64,000 nt of DNA from Balanoglossus misakiensis (lineage: Eukaryota > Animalia > Hemichordata): NCBI GenBank assembly GCA_040954595.2, contig CM082584.2, positions 2,449,344 to 2,513,343 on the forward strand, given 5' to 3'. Positions 23,230 through 36,900 of this stretch are shown here, piece by piece. Every line of letters begins with the position of its first letter. The stretch's first letter is position 1. The notes beneath the pieces were generated by a model. The model searched no databases. It was not told the DNA's origin and saw only the letters and a program-made list of their open reading frames with translations. The translations under genes were made by a program, and so were the position numbers.

Positions 23230-23448
23230 ATATCAACCAGCCACTGAGATCAAACATGGGCGACAACGCATCGCAATATAAGCCAATAAGAAAACGGATT
23301 TATGTTATAGATTCGGACAGTGACTCTGAGTGTTAAATGTTGAGTGAACTGAGTTTCATATTTAGGGGTTGCCTGTTCAAGTGTTCACACTATATTTCAT
23401 ATTAAAGCTAGGACTGTTATGTTTGTAAGTTCAGTATTTCGCCGTTAA

Positions 23449-23585
23449 GGGCCTGGTCAGAATTAACAGGGGGGAAGGCCGGTGCGATTGGGGGGAGGGT
23501 CACCATTTCTCATGCAACGGTTTGGGGGAGGGCCGCTACATTTTGGGCACTTGTCAAGGGGAGGGTCACTAATTTTTGTGCAAGG
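23449..23585 (+). mobile_element. Probable left terminus of a TWA-targeting DNA transposon (candidate end of the Zator-like element)
   Basis: TAA|GGGCCTGGTCAGAATTAACAGGGGGG followed by three GGGAGGG(T/C)C subterminal repeats. No convincing partner end in the window. Confidence 0.45.
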
Positions 23586-24126
23586 ATGACACCGAAAATG
23601 TTTCAAAATTTGAAGTGTTACAGAGAAATACTGAAAAGAGACTTGCGCTCATAGGCACTCATGTATGGATATATTGACATCCCTTGTACTACAAAATACA
23701 CCACACAACTCACAAAACATACACATGTACCAGTATGTGATCTTAAATATGAATATATGAATACAAATCTTTAATCAGAACAAACACAATCATAAAAGAA
23801 CTTATGTAAGAAATGTACTTTTCGCAAAAATAACTTAATACATAAATATACAGTTTTTTATGAAAAGGTGACGTCCGAGTCCATTTGTATGTGGCAGAGA
23901 TTATTGATGCTTTCTGCATATTGTCATTGTGACGACTGCGCTGGGGTGTCCCCATCTTGCTCTTACAATGTGACAACATGCAGAATGCCTCAATAATCTC
24001 TGCCAAATAAAAATGGACTCGGACGCTGCCACCTAGCCAATAATAAGACACTTCGGTTTATTTATACTAGTATGCTGTCACCGCTATTAAAGTACTGTTA
24101 CTGCTACTACTGTAAAACAATGCATT

Positions 24127-24187
24127 CTACCCATCCCCTTGATGGTCACCACTCCCCTCCTCTTCCTTTTCCTCATCCACCCTCCCC

Positions 24188-24219
<32 letters not shown>

Positions 24220-26008
24220 GTTGTCATCATTATCATCATCAGCATCACAGCTGTTGTAGTCATTGTCACTGTGAAAGTTTATGGCCCAGTCTTTGTGGGA
24301 CAAGCAATCTGCGATTAAATCAAATGCACCATTTGTGATTTTGCTTTCTCTTTTCAGTAATTTTATGTATTTCACATCTCTTAGATATAGTCTTCCGACA
24401 CCTTCAAAATGAATTTTGTCATCTGTGATGACAGAATTATGTATGTCACATGATGGGGCAATAATACTAGCTACTCTTCTTTTGCCAGCATTATCTCTGT
24501 TTTCTCTACGTTTCTTAGCTAGCCTCCTATTTGGTTTCTTTTTACGTTTAATACTTGTGTGCTTCATGTAATGAAAAGAAAACATTTCATGTACTTTCTG
24601 CTTCCTGTGCTTCAACTTTATTTCTAACTCTTCAATTTGCTTATTCAACTCTTCAATTAAAGTTAAACATTTGGTGTTGAAATGGACGGCACACTCGTGG
24701 CCAGATTTTATTTTTCCATTTTTTGTATAGCATTGCTGGGTATCAGAAAGAAGTTTATCTTTCTCTTGTTGAAGAGATGTTTTGATTTCTCCAACTTTAT
24801 GTTCATTCTGTTCTATAATTCTGCTGTGATGAGGTTTTAAAATCTCAGAAGCAAGAACGACACCAAAAGCTGCTGGGTTGTTAGTGCTTGTCACTTTCTC
24901 CACATCATTTTGGAAGCGCTCAAATTTCATTTCCAACTCGTATTGACGCCGTCCCTCTTCATGAAACTTCTTGCAGAAGTCTCTTGTGTTTTTGCTCCAC
25001 TTAAAATTTGCTGAGTAAAAGTCTGGTAAGACCCGGTTCATGAAGACTGCCCGCTTTGTTTTACCATTAGGAATATAACCATATTTAGGTTGCATCCACG
25101 GTTTCTGCTTGCTGCTCTCACCTGCACCTGACTTGGATTGGCTGGGTTGGAGAAATGACTCCTTGCTGGGAATTGGGTGTTTCAGAATGCTCCTTTTGAA
25201 CCTATTGAGTCGCTTTATTTCAATAGACAGTCCTGAAATCAATAAATATACGGATAAAAGGCTAAATGACTACATACAAGTTTACATGGGTATTTTATGC
25301 ACAAGGCAAAACATCAGTCAATATCCCAATACATGATATATGATATTTGATTTATGCATTATTACAGAAAAGCCAAATTTAATTCTTAATTGTTGTCTAT
25401 CAAACGAGTATAAAAGTATAAAAGCAGCCTGCATTTATTTCTAATATCTGTTGATGCAATTTTCAGGGATATAAATTTGAAAGAAATGGTCATCTCTACA
25501 CATTGCCACTAGCTATTGCACCTGTGATTCAGAGCACTTTTTTCCATAAAAAATAATGTACAACTAAGAATAGATGCATTTTTTTAATCGGCAGATATTC
25601 TAGATCTAAGAGGTATATAACATTTTTCAAACTGGGTAGAAATATTGTTTATATTAAACCCCAGCTACAATTTCATCTGAGTTTTAAACGCTAAAAGCTA
25701 TCGTAGACGTTACGGTAGGTGTCAAAATTAAAGTTCCGGTCAAAGTTGCAGGGCGATGCATGAAAACACACACACTGCCTGTCTGATTACAGGCAGCGAC
25801 TGACTCCGCAGCCGCAGACAGAGCTGAGATGAGATGAGATTCCACACTTACCAATATCTTTAAGGTCGTCGTCATCAACATCAACTAGATGCTTTGCTTT
25901 TTGAACACCGGCGTCTAAAAAATATTGCGTGTAATTGTGCAGGTCACACATTTGCAAGAAATCAGCAATGTTGCTCTCATCAGATGTTGGCTGCTCTTCC
26001 ACTGCCAT
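24127..26008 (-). CDS. Two-exon gene, ~420 aa: N-terminal SAM domain, coiled coil, basic stretch, acidic tail
   Basis: Exon 1 26008-25852 (IADFLQMCDLHNYTQYFLDAGVQKAKHLVDVDDDDLKDIG) ends at GTAAGT. It splices in phase to TTTCAG|25232 (LSIEIKRLNRF..), completing the SAM pattern. Open to the stop at 24127. Confidence 0.75.
24188..24248 (+). repeat. (CAT)n microsatellite encoding poly-Asp on the minus strand
   Basis: Run of TCA/CAT triplets within the last exon of the SAM gene. Confidence 0.9.
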
Positions 26009-26249
26009 GATGACACTATGGAGGTACACGTGTGTAGAATGTTATGATGGGAAGTTCACCTCTTTTCCGAAAGCTCAAGATTTAAAAAAAAATATTTCAC
26101 AAAACGAAAATTAAATTACATTTCAGTGATAAAAAATCACATAATACTGATTTTAATGCAAAAATGCCACCTTTGGTGTGAATGTACCAAGCGCGCGATA
26201 AATTCCCGCGATAAATACACACGTGACCTTTTTACTGTTCAAAATCAAA

Positions 26250-29200
26250 ATGGCTGATGTCGCTCTCGGTCCGTCTTCTAAAGAAAGCGAGAAAGATCGC
26301 GTCAAGTTGACATTTTCGGAGAGGAGAAGTGCCTCGCGGAAGCAGTCCAAGGTTGGTGGCGGGTACGAACGTGTATCACAACAAACGTGTAAACCGGAAC
26401 AATGTGAGGAGAAGCTCGAGGCACTCTTGGACGTGCACAGAAAAGCGCCCGAGAAACAGAAAATCGTCCAAGGCCTGCTGTATGTTGTACACCAATTGAT
26501 GGTGAGAAGTGATTTTGATGGAAAGGTGAAAGGGTATTTACGCTTCAAAGATGCCTATGGACTGTATTGCGGATTTTTTGAAACTCAGCCAACTGAACAT
26601 GAATTCCGTCACCAACTGCTACATCCTGACCACGTACTCAATGTAACAGTTGTCACACTGGCAGGGTGTAGATATATCATACTCAATAACAGTTTTGTTA
26701 GCTTTACTGATTTGTTCGTAGAACTAGAACATGCTACAGATCGCAAAGATACTGCAAGATTTCCTTTGACAATCGAATCCCTGCATGATATCATTGCAAC
26801 CATGGACACAGAGTATGATAAATCTGTTGTGAAAGCTGTTCTTTTTGCATCAAACTCAAGAAATGACATGCATATGCTTGGAGTAAAACCAAACAGAGCT
26901 GTACAGTTTCTTTCCAAAGTGTTAGTTTCTGCAGAAGAATTCAAAAATGCCACTGAAGCAGCCCAAGATGTCCTTGTTCGTAGGGTGAAGGAAAAGATTA
27001 ACAAAATAGTACAGCAAATAGAAGATGTTGATGCCAGACTAGACAGTTGTAGTTTGTCTGATAAAAGAAGAAGTGATCTATGTGCAGAGAGAGATTGCTT
27101 AGAAAAACGAAAGCGGGAATTAGCATTATTGTTAACTCCAGAAGATAAAAGTAGTAGGAGACGAGCCCTGCAATCTAAGAAGCGGATCGCTCAAACATTG
27201 CTGGAAGAAAATCGGGTAAAGCGTAGAAAGCTTGGAGGAGGTGCACCTCGCCTTCTAGATACAGAGGATGAACTTTTCATCGCAAAAGCTGTTGAAGAAA
27301 AAAGTACAGCACATGGGCGAAGACATAATATTACACTTTACTCTCACCACCGTGTTAAGAAGAGACATTTTCTGTCCCTAACGAATTACATGCTGCTCCA
27401 AAGGGGAAAGAAATTAATCAAATCAGCAACAACAGTTCTTAATAGAGGCCGTCCTCGAAATGTACGATCCATACAGGCAAAAGCACACATGGGGAAGTCC
27501 TTGTTTTGTGCCAGAAAGCCACCAAAGACTGAGCTACATTCAATGGAGTCCACTCATCATCAGAGGGCACATGTGAAGAATGCTAAATTTAATATGTTTA
27601 GCGATTCGGAATGGTCAAACAGCCTTATGATCAGTATGGATGATAAAGCTTACCTAAGACCAGGAACTGATGGTGAGTAAAATTTTGTTGATTCATGGAT
27701 TAAGGGCCCAGGACAAGAAACAGTCCCTTTCCAAACAGTCTCTTCTTTCAAATAGTGAAAAACCCATATGAGCTATATATCATTGGAAAGCATGAAGCTG
27801 TGTGACATGAAATGTAATCAGTTTTTGTCTTCTGTTTTGGTTTAATAGTTGGAGCAAGAGATGTTAAGAAAGGTGTAATCTATGATGTTACAAACCCGGA
27901 AAAACAGAACAAACTCCCTCAACATGATTTTAGTACGCCTGAAGTACATGTCACTCCGACCTCATTCCGCTTTATCTCTGCCAAAACTGTAACTGTTGAA
28001 GGTAAGTGTGATTAATGCACTAGTTTGCTGAATATACTTAGTACAGATATCTAAATTGCCAAATATAAAAATCCAAAACATTGTTCACATATGTACTTCT
28101 TGTACACTTGGGAAATGAGTAATTTAATATAGGAATTGACCAATCAGAATCAACCTGTCTTTATGAGACCTTTTTACATTATCTCCTAATTTTCTTATTC
28201 CCTTATAAGGAAATAAAGAACTTGTCAATTAAAAGGATCAAACTGTGGTGGTGATTCGACCTAAACATTTCATTGGGAGCAGTGGAAGTGTCTGGGCCTC
28301 TGACTACTTGATGTTAAGGTAACATTCTAACAATACCAAAGTATGATTAAATTTTGAGTTTTGTATAGTTGTTGAACAGATACATATCCTGCCTTACAAA
28401 TACTAAGTGTGGAGCTACTTCCATACATTTTGGTTTGTAGGAGAGAAGAGCCTGAGCTTTTTGAGAAGCAACAAGGACATTCTTCAAATAACCAGGCTTT
28501 GAAGATTTTCTATGCACAAGTCCATGATACAGTCTTCCACTTTAAAGGTAGGTTTGCTCTGCCACTGAAGCAATTATTATTAAATACCCTAAGTCTTGTT
28601 TTTTTTGCAAAAATAAATAGTTTTTGAAACAAGTAGGCAGGACAAGTCAAAACAAAAGTTTTTTTCAGTATTTTTGTTGTGCCTTTCAACTACACTGGAT
28701 CCCTGAATCATGATCAAATACCCAGTGTATAGATTCTCAACACAACCTATATGAATATAATTACCATTGTTATTGTTGTAAATTGTTTTCTAATCCAGAC
28801 TAGAATTCATTTGTCAACAATAACAGTGTCATTTCACATATACAGGTTATGTTGAGAGTGAGAATACTAGGCATTTCAGCATGATCTAGAGAAACGTAAA
28901 GCTGATATACACAGATCCAAAATACTGAAAAAAATAGCCAAAGTTACATCTAATGTCCCTTTAATTAATGCATTTTATTGTACCATAGTCCCCTTTGTCA
29001 GCTAAAGAGGACAATCCTGTTGGTGATTATCCATCCTTTAGTTATGCAGTTCAATTCATGCTTTATAACTACTTTTCTTTATAGATACAACTGTACAAGA
29101 AGATGTTGAATGTGTGACAACTGATCAAAAATGTGTATTTCGCAAATATGAAGGTGACAGGCTGGCTTGGTTGCATCATCATTTGGAGCAGGCATGGACA

Positions 29201-29752
29201 AGATTGGATGAATATCTGAAAAGAAGACAGGAGGAGAGTTCATCAGATTTGCTAGAGCCAGTGAAACAGGTTATCCAAAATGCAGAGTTACTGCTGGGAG
29301 AAATAAGGTGCATTTGTAAAATTATTTAATGAGTTCAGTCATTGGCTCTGTTATTGAACCCTGATGTTGAATATCACAGCAAAACATTACTGTCAGATTT
29401 CCCCTTTTGGAAAAATGGAACTATCGCTTTTAGTCACTTTTGAATGCTTATCTTATTTGTTATCTTTTACATTTCAGGACCATTAACAAAGATGCCCTTT
29501 TTGTTGGTTTGACTGGCTTGATTGACATATGTGATATTATCATACAGAAGCTCTCTTTTGTTCAAGCACCTATGTATGGCAATATTCTCAAGACGACTGA
29601 TGCAAGACCAGGTGTTGGTGTCAGCAATGTGGAAGTGAGATATAGAGATGCTGAACTTATACGAATTCATGGAACTGACCGCATGATACGACTACACAGA
29701 GCACCTGGGGATTCTGGTCAAAATGAGGCAGAAAGATTAAATGCTGCAATAG
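26250..29752 (+). CDS. Multi-exon Zator/TP36-like DD(D/E) transposase; one in-frame stop, 3' end not found
   Basis: Phase-compatible GT-AG exons 26250-27672, 27849-28001, 28210-28318, 28441-28547, 29085-29307, 29478-29752. Motifs ISMDDKAYLRPG, LPQHDF, RPKHF..S, TDARPG, HRAPGDSGQNEAER parallel Zator 'SQDDKA..DHDF..DGGP..APG.S..N.VER'. TAA at ~28230. Confidence 0.7.
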
Positions 29753-31074
29753 GTAAGCAGTAGGGCAACAACTTGAAATCCCCAAATGCATTTAATACCC
29801 ATGTCAAAGTGAAGAGTTTGCATCACCATCTACTCTGATGCATCATTGAGCTTGCTTCGCCATTTGCCCTAACGCAAAGAATTACATTCAATGTCACCAT
29901 TGCATTAGCAATGTCAAAGTACAGTGCTTTCCGCCACGTATTAAACTGGGGATTTACAGTCACCTTTAAATCCCCCTGTAGGCATTTTATACCCAAGTTC
30001 AAGTGCAGAGCTTGCATCACTATCTACCCTGATGGATCATCAACCTTGCTTCGCCATTTACCCTGATGCAAAGAATCAGATTCAATGTCATCGTTGCATT
30101 AGCAATGTCAAAGTACAGTGCTTTTGGACACGTATTAACCCAGGGATTTATCATCAACTTGAAATCCCCATATGCATTTAATACCCATGTCAAAGTGAAG
30201 TGTTTGCATCACTATCTACCCTGATGCATCATAAAGCTTGCTACGCCATTTACCCTGATGCAAAGAATCAGATTCAATGTCATCGTTACATTAGCAATGT
30301 CAAAGTACAGTGCTTTTGGACACGTATTAACCCAGGGATTTATCATCAACTTGAAATCCCCATATGCATTTAATACCCATGTCAAAGTGAAGTGATTGCA
30401 TCACTATCTACCCTGATGCATCATCAACCTTGCTTCGCCATTTGCCCTGATGCAAATAATCAGATTCAATGTCATCGTTGCATTAGCAATGTCAAATTAG
30501 AGTGCTTTTGGCCACGTATTAACCTATGGATTTACATTTAACATTAAATACCCATGTGAAAGTGCAGAGTTTGCATCACCATCTACTCTGATGCATCATT
30601 GAGCTTGCTTCGCCATTTGCCCTAATGCAAAGAATCCCATTCAATGTCACCATTGCATATGCAATGTCAAAGTACAGTGCTTTCCGCCACGTATTAACCT
30701 AGGGATTTACAGACAACTTTAAATCCCCCTGTAGGCATTTTATACCCATGTCAAAGTGCAGAGCTTGCATCACTATCTACCCTGATGCATCATCAACCTT
30801 GCTTCGCCATTTACCCTGATGCAAAGAATCAAATTCAATGTCATCGTTGCATTAGCAATGTTAAAGTACAGTGCTTTTGGACACGTATTAACCCAGGGAT
30901 TTACAGACAACTTTAAATCCCCCTGTAGGCATTTTATACCAATGTCAAAGTGAAGGGCTTGAAACACCATCTTCCCAGATGCATCATCAAGCTTGCTTCG
31001 CCTTTTACCCTGATGCAAAAGATCAGAATTAAAATCACTGTTGCATTAGCAATTACAGTGCTTTTGGCCATGTA

Positions 31075-33908
31075 CAGTCCCAACAGAATAGAACAACTAT
31101 TTGTACATTTCTGAATACGGCAAGTAGTACGTCAACCCTACGGGAACCCCTACGGGAACTATTGTTAGTTGTAGCAGAGTTTGCTGCAACAATTGTCTAA
31201 GGCCCATTTCCTTTTGTTACATTTTCGTAAAAACTACGGCAACTCCTTTACAGCAAGCCATTAACAAGGGAAGCTTAACACCTCTACCCGTAAATACTGC
31301 TGCAACACCTGTCAATTAGCCCCCACAGAGTGATGCCTTTTGTTCAAGGTGTTGATTATTTTGCTACAACTAGAGTGATTGACAGGTCTAGAACTAGAGT
31401 GCAACATTTTTGCAACAGGTCACTGCAACATTGTATCACAAAGTTTACAAAAGAAGCTCTGTCTGAGAATAAAATGGCAAAGGGCTGACATCAAATACCA
31501 ATGAAGTCAGTTTTGGAATGATGTTATGTTCATCGACAAAGTCTGAACTCTCTTGGTAACAGAACAGTCTGTGGACATGAACAGAGGTCAACACATCCCT
31601 ACCCCAGTGTTGTAGAATGCACATGTTTTGCTGGGGTTTCTTTTCTTTCAAGGAGCTGGACCAATTAATATTTGAGAGATACAGCATGACCAATGGAAAA
31701 TCAAACACAATGACGCATTTCACAATTGGGTTTAGCTTAAAAGACATTGGCTTTCATTTTTTTTGACCTGCTGCCCCCCCCCCCCCACCCCCTTACATGA
31801 AGACCCTGATAATAAATATTAGGCTTGTTTACAAAATAATGTTGGCCTGCAGTACCACGTTCAGCTGCAGTTTGATCCTTAGAACAGACAAGTTTTGAGA
31901 GTCTTGACTATAATTTTGAAGGGTTTCATAAGTAGTAATGGTCTGTATTATTTCAATATTCTATTATTACGGCAATGGATATACACTCATTTTCCGACGG
32001 GCAGTGCTTGAACATGATGGGAAGTGACTGGCAGCAATTAGTTGGCCGGTTTGGGATGAATGACCTACATGTTTACTTATTATATATTCACGCAATTTGT
32101 TTAGTCTAAGCAAGCCCCTGCACTTGGCAGAATTTGGATACAATTTGCCTGTCAATCATTGTCTGGCTACCTCTTGCCCCCAAAGTCCGCGCCTGATAAA
32201 ATACATTCAATGAGCGACCTTTATATCCAGACAGAGAGGGGGTGGCCGCAGTGAATGAATTGATGGTAAGTTTCAAATTCACATGTAAAATTTTAACATT
32301 TTCTGTTCAAATCCAGCCAGTTCAATGAATTGTTTAATCAACATTCCTGAAATAAAAAAGTTGACAACAAAGTGATTACTACGAGCGGGCATGCATGACA
32401 GTAATGATCGCTGAACTTTCAACAAAATACAGTGGTATAGTGGTTTAGTCCAAATGCTTCTTTGTCAAGCTCTCGGGTGCGTGAATATTCATGAGAAACT
32501 TATTACTGCGAACGTACATTCACAACATGAAACTAGTCCTATTATTTCAGAGCACTTGCCAAGTGGTCAAATCATGGTGGTAAAAGATGAGTGGCCGGCA
32601 AGACCGGGCCTAGACGTCCTCCACCTGTGTCAAACGGCTTTTGATGTGAATAATACTTTGCATAAATTACGAGGTCAACATGTGTGGTAGTGCTGGTAGT
32701 ATCGATCGATCGACCTGGTAAAAAGATGAGCGGCTAGACGTCCTGCTGCCGTGTCTAACAGCTTTTGACGTGACAAATAATTTGAATAAATTACAAGGTC
32801 AACATGTGGCCGATTTCATCATGTAAATAAAAAGCACATGGGTCCAAAAGTTTCAGGCACTCTGATATGCATAGTGGTGTCAGAAGTGTTTCCCACACCA
32901 AAACTTAGAAGACAGTCATTTCAATTACGGCCTCCTGCCAAACTCAACACATGCGCACAAAATGGAACTGCAACTTTATTCACAAATCTGCAGAATTCTA
33001 GTGCAAAAAACAGACAAACTCAAAATACACATCGCACCATGGTTCACTCTGAATTACATGTATTTGGACTTTCACTGGGCCATGTCTCTGCTTGATAGCA
33101 TCAGGTTTGCAACACATTGTTGCCAAATTTACACATATTGACAAGGTAATCAAAACAACAGGTGTTTTATTACTCAGGGTATCACTAATGCCAGGGAGGT
33201 CCGTCTGCGTCTATTTGGTCACCAGCATGGCACACGTCCTGTAATTATAATTGCTGTTTTGAGTGCGTCTTTACCTAATTTGAATATCCTGATCAGGTTG
33301 TTGGCCTTGCCCTAGTTGTCTCAAAATGTACATTGATACAAACAATTGCAACATATTAGTCAATACCCTGCCAACTTACGCCAAGTGTACATGTTGTTAT
33401 GGAAGTTTATTTTTAGAACCGCTTGCTTTCTGCATAGGTCACAACACAAAACTTTGAAGCCCGTCAGCTAGCCCTGCATAGCGTATGTAAAGCTACTGAG
33501 ACAGGGGAAATATTAGTAAGGTTGACAACTGACTTGCTCGCTATCAAGATTTAGAAGGAATTTATTTGCTTAGTGAGGCCAGGACATAAATTGCCCCCAA
33601 CCAAGCAAAATCCACGTGGGTGGAGCTCATTATCACACATAGACATTGCTACAACTATTGTTCACATCAGGGTGATAATCACCTCCCCATTAGCCCTTCT
33701 TGCTGTAACACCTGCCCCAAATTGCCCTAATGGAGCACACATTCTTTTGTTTCAAACTACGGGAACCTTTGTAGTTGCCGTAAACTAAGACAAAAAACAT
33801 CAATTAACCAACAAAAGAGGTGTTGCCGTAACATCTCTGCTACAACACTGCTACAACTAGTGCGGGAACTTTCCCGTACAGTTTAGTTGTTGTACGCTGT
33901 TGGGACTG
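31075..33908. mobile_element. 2.83-kb non-autonomous DNA transposon with TA TSD, inserted into the satellite
   Basis: TA|CAGTCCCAACAG..ACAACTA ... TAGTTGT..CTGTTGGGACTG|TA. Removal restores the satellite GGCCATGTATTAACCC. Subterminal TGC(T)ACAAC and CTACGGGAAC repeats at both ends. Confidence 0.88.
32578..32808 (+). repeat. Diverged ~100-bp direct repeat pair inside the 2.83-kb element
   Basis: TGGTAAAAGATGAG..CTAGACGTCCT..GCTTTTGA.GTGA..ATAAATTAC.AGGTCAACATGTG at ~32578-32684 and ~32716-32808. Confidence 0.75.
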
Positions 33909-36900
33909 TATTAACCCAAGGATTTACAGTCAACTTTAAATACTCATGCATATGCATTGAAAACCTATGTCAAAGTGCAGAGCTTGCATCACCATCTACT
34001 CTGATGCATCATAAAGCTTGCTTCGCCATTTGCCCTAATGCAAAGAATCACATTCAATGGCACCATTGCATTAGCAATGTCAAAGTACAGTGCTTTTGGA
34101 CATGTATTAACCCAGGGATTTATCATCAACTTGAAATCCCCATATGCATTTAATACCCATGTCAAAGTGAAGTGTTTGCATCACTATCTACCCTGATGCA
34201 TCATAAAGCTTGCTACGCCATTTACCCTGATGCAAAGAATCAAATTCAATGTCATCGTTGCATTAGCAATGTCAAAGTACAGTGCTTTTGGACACGTATT
34301 AACCCAGGGATTTATCATCAACTTGAAATCCCCATATTCATTTAATACCCATGTCAAAGTGAAGTGATTGCATCACTATCTACCCTGATGCATCATCAAC
34401 CTTGCTTCGCCATTTGCCCTAATGCAAAGAATCACATTCAATGTCACCATTGCATTAGCAATGTCAAAGTACAGTGCTTTCCGCCACGTATTAAACTGGG
34501 GATTTACAGACAACTTTAAATCCCCCTGTAGGCATTTTATACCCAAGTTCAAGTGCAGAGCTTGCATCACTATCTACCCTGATGCATCATCAACCTTGCT
34601 TCGCCATTTACCCTGATGCAAAGAATCAGATTCAATGTCATCGTTGCATTAGCAATGTCAAAGTACAGTGCTTTTGGACATGTATTAACCCAGGGATTTA
34701 TCATCAACTTGAAATCCCCATATGCATTTAATACCCATGTCAAAGTGAAGTGTTTGCATCACTATCTACCCTGATGCATCATAAAGCTTGCTACGCCATT
34801 TACCCTGATGCAAAGAATCAAATTCAATGTCATCATTGCATTAGCAATGTCAAAGTACAGTGCTTTTGGACACGTATTAACCCAGGGATTTATCATCAAC
34901 TTGAAATCCCCATATTCATTTAATACCCATGTCAAAGTGAAGTGATTGCATCACTATCTACCCTGATGCATCATCAACCTTGCTTCGCCATTTGCCCTGA
35001 TGCAAAGAATCAGATTCAATGTGATCGTTGCATTAGCAATGTCAAATTAGAGTGCTTTTGGCCACGTATTAACCTATGGATTTACATTTAACGTTAAATA
35101 CCCATGTGAAAGTGCAGAGTTTGCATCACCATCTACTCTGATGCATCATTGAGCTTGCTTCGCCATTTGCCCTAATGCAAAGAATCCCATTCAATGTCAC
35201 CATTGCATATGCAATGTCAAAGTACAGTGCCTTCCGCCACGTATTAACCCAGGGATTTACAGACAACTTTAAATCCCCCTGTAGGCATTTTATACCCATG
35301 TCAAAGTGCAGAGCTTGCATCACTATCTACCCTGATGCATCATCAACCTTGCTTCACCATTTACCCTGATGCAAAGAATCAAATTCAATGTCATCGTTGC
35401 ATTAGCAATGTCAAAGTACAGTGCTTTCCGCCACGTATTAACCCAGGGATTTACAGACAACTTTAAATCCCCCTGTAGGCATTTTATACCCATGTCAAAG
35501 TGCAGAGCTTGCATCACTATCTACCCTGATGCATCATAAAGCTTACTACGCCATTTACCCTGATGCAAAGAATCAGATTCAATGTCATCATTGCATTAGC
35601 AATGTCAAAGTACAATGCTTTTGGACACGTATTAACCCACAGAATTTTCAACAACCTGAAATCCCCATATGCATTTAATACCCATGTCAAAGTGAAGTGT
35701 TTGCATCACTATCTACCCTGATGCATCATACAGCTTGCTACGCCATTTACCCTGATGCAAAGAATCAGATTCAATGTCATCGTTACATTAGCAATGTCAA
35801 AGTACAGTGCTTTTGGACACGTATTAACCCAGGGATTTATTATCAACTTGAAATCCCCATATGCATTTAATACCCATGTCAAAGTGAAGTGATTGCATCA
35901 CTATCTATCCTGATGCATCATCAACCATGCTTCGCCATTTGCCCTGATGCAAAGAATCAGATTCAATGTCATCGTTACATTAGCAATGTCAAAGTACAGT
36001 GCTTTTGGACACGTATTAACCCAGGGATTTATCATCAACTTGAAATCCCCATATTCATTTAATACCCATGTCAAAGTGAAGTGATTGCATCACTATCTAC
36101 CCTGATGCATTATCAACCTTGCTTCGCCATTTGCCCTGATGCAAAGAATCAGATTTAATGTGATCGTTGCATTAGCAATGTCAAATTAGAGTGCTTTTGG
36201 CCACGTATTAACCTATGGATTTACATTTAACATTAAATACCCATGTGAAAGTGCAGAGTTTGCGTCACCATCTACTCTGATGCATCATTGAGCTTGCTTC
36301 GCCATTTGCCCTAATGCAAAGAATCCCATTCAATGTCACCATTGCATATGCAATGTCAAAGTACAGTGCTTTCCGCCACGTATTAACCCAGGGATTTACA
36401 GACAACTTTAAATCCCCCAGTAGGCATTTTATACCCATGTCAAAGTGCAGAGCTTGCATCACTATCTACCCTGATGCATCATCAACCTTGCTTCGCCATT
36501 TACCCTGATGCAAAGAATCAGATTCAATGTCATCGTTGCATTAGCAATGTCAAAGTACAGTGCTTTTGGACACGTATTAACCCAGGGATTTACAGACAAC
36601 TTTAAATCCCCCTGTAGGCATTTTATACCCATGTCAAAGTGAAGTGTTTGCATCACTATCTACCCTGATGCATCATAAAGCTTGCTACGCCATTTACCCT
36701 GATGCAAAGAATCAGATTCAATGTCATCATTGCATTAGCAATGTCAAAGTACAGTGCTTTTCGACACGTATTAACCCACAGATTTTTCAACAACCTGAAA
36801 TCCCCATATGCATTTAATACCCATGTCAAAGTGAAGTGTTTGCATCACTATCTACCCTGATGCATCATAAAGCTTGCTACGCCATTTACCCTGATGCAAA

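Noticed and set aside
24072-24338. His-rich ORF on the + strand
   Set aside because: Antisense reading of the (GAT)n poly-Asp tail of the SAM-domain gene.
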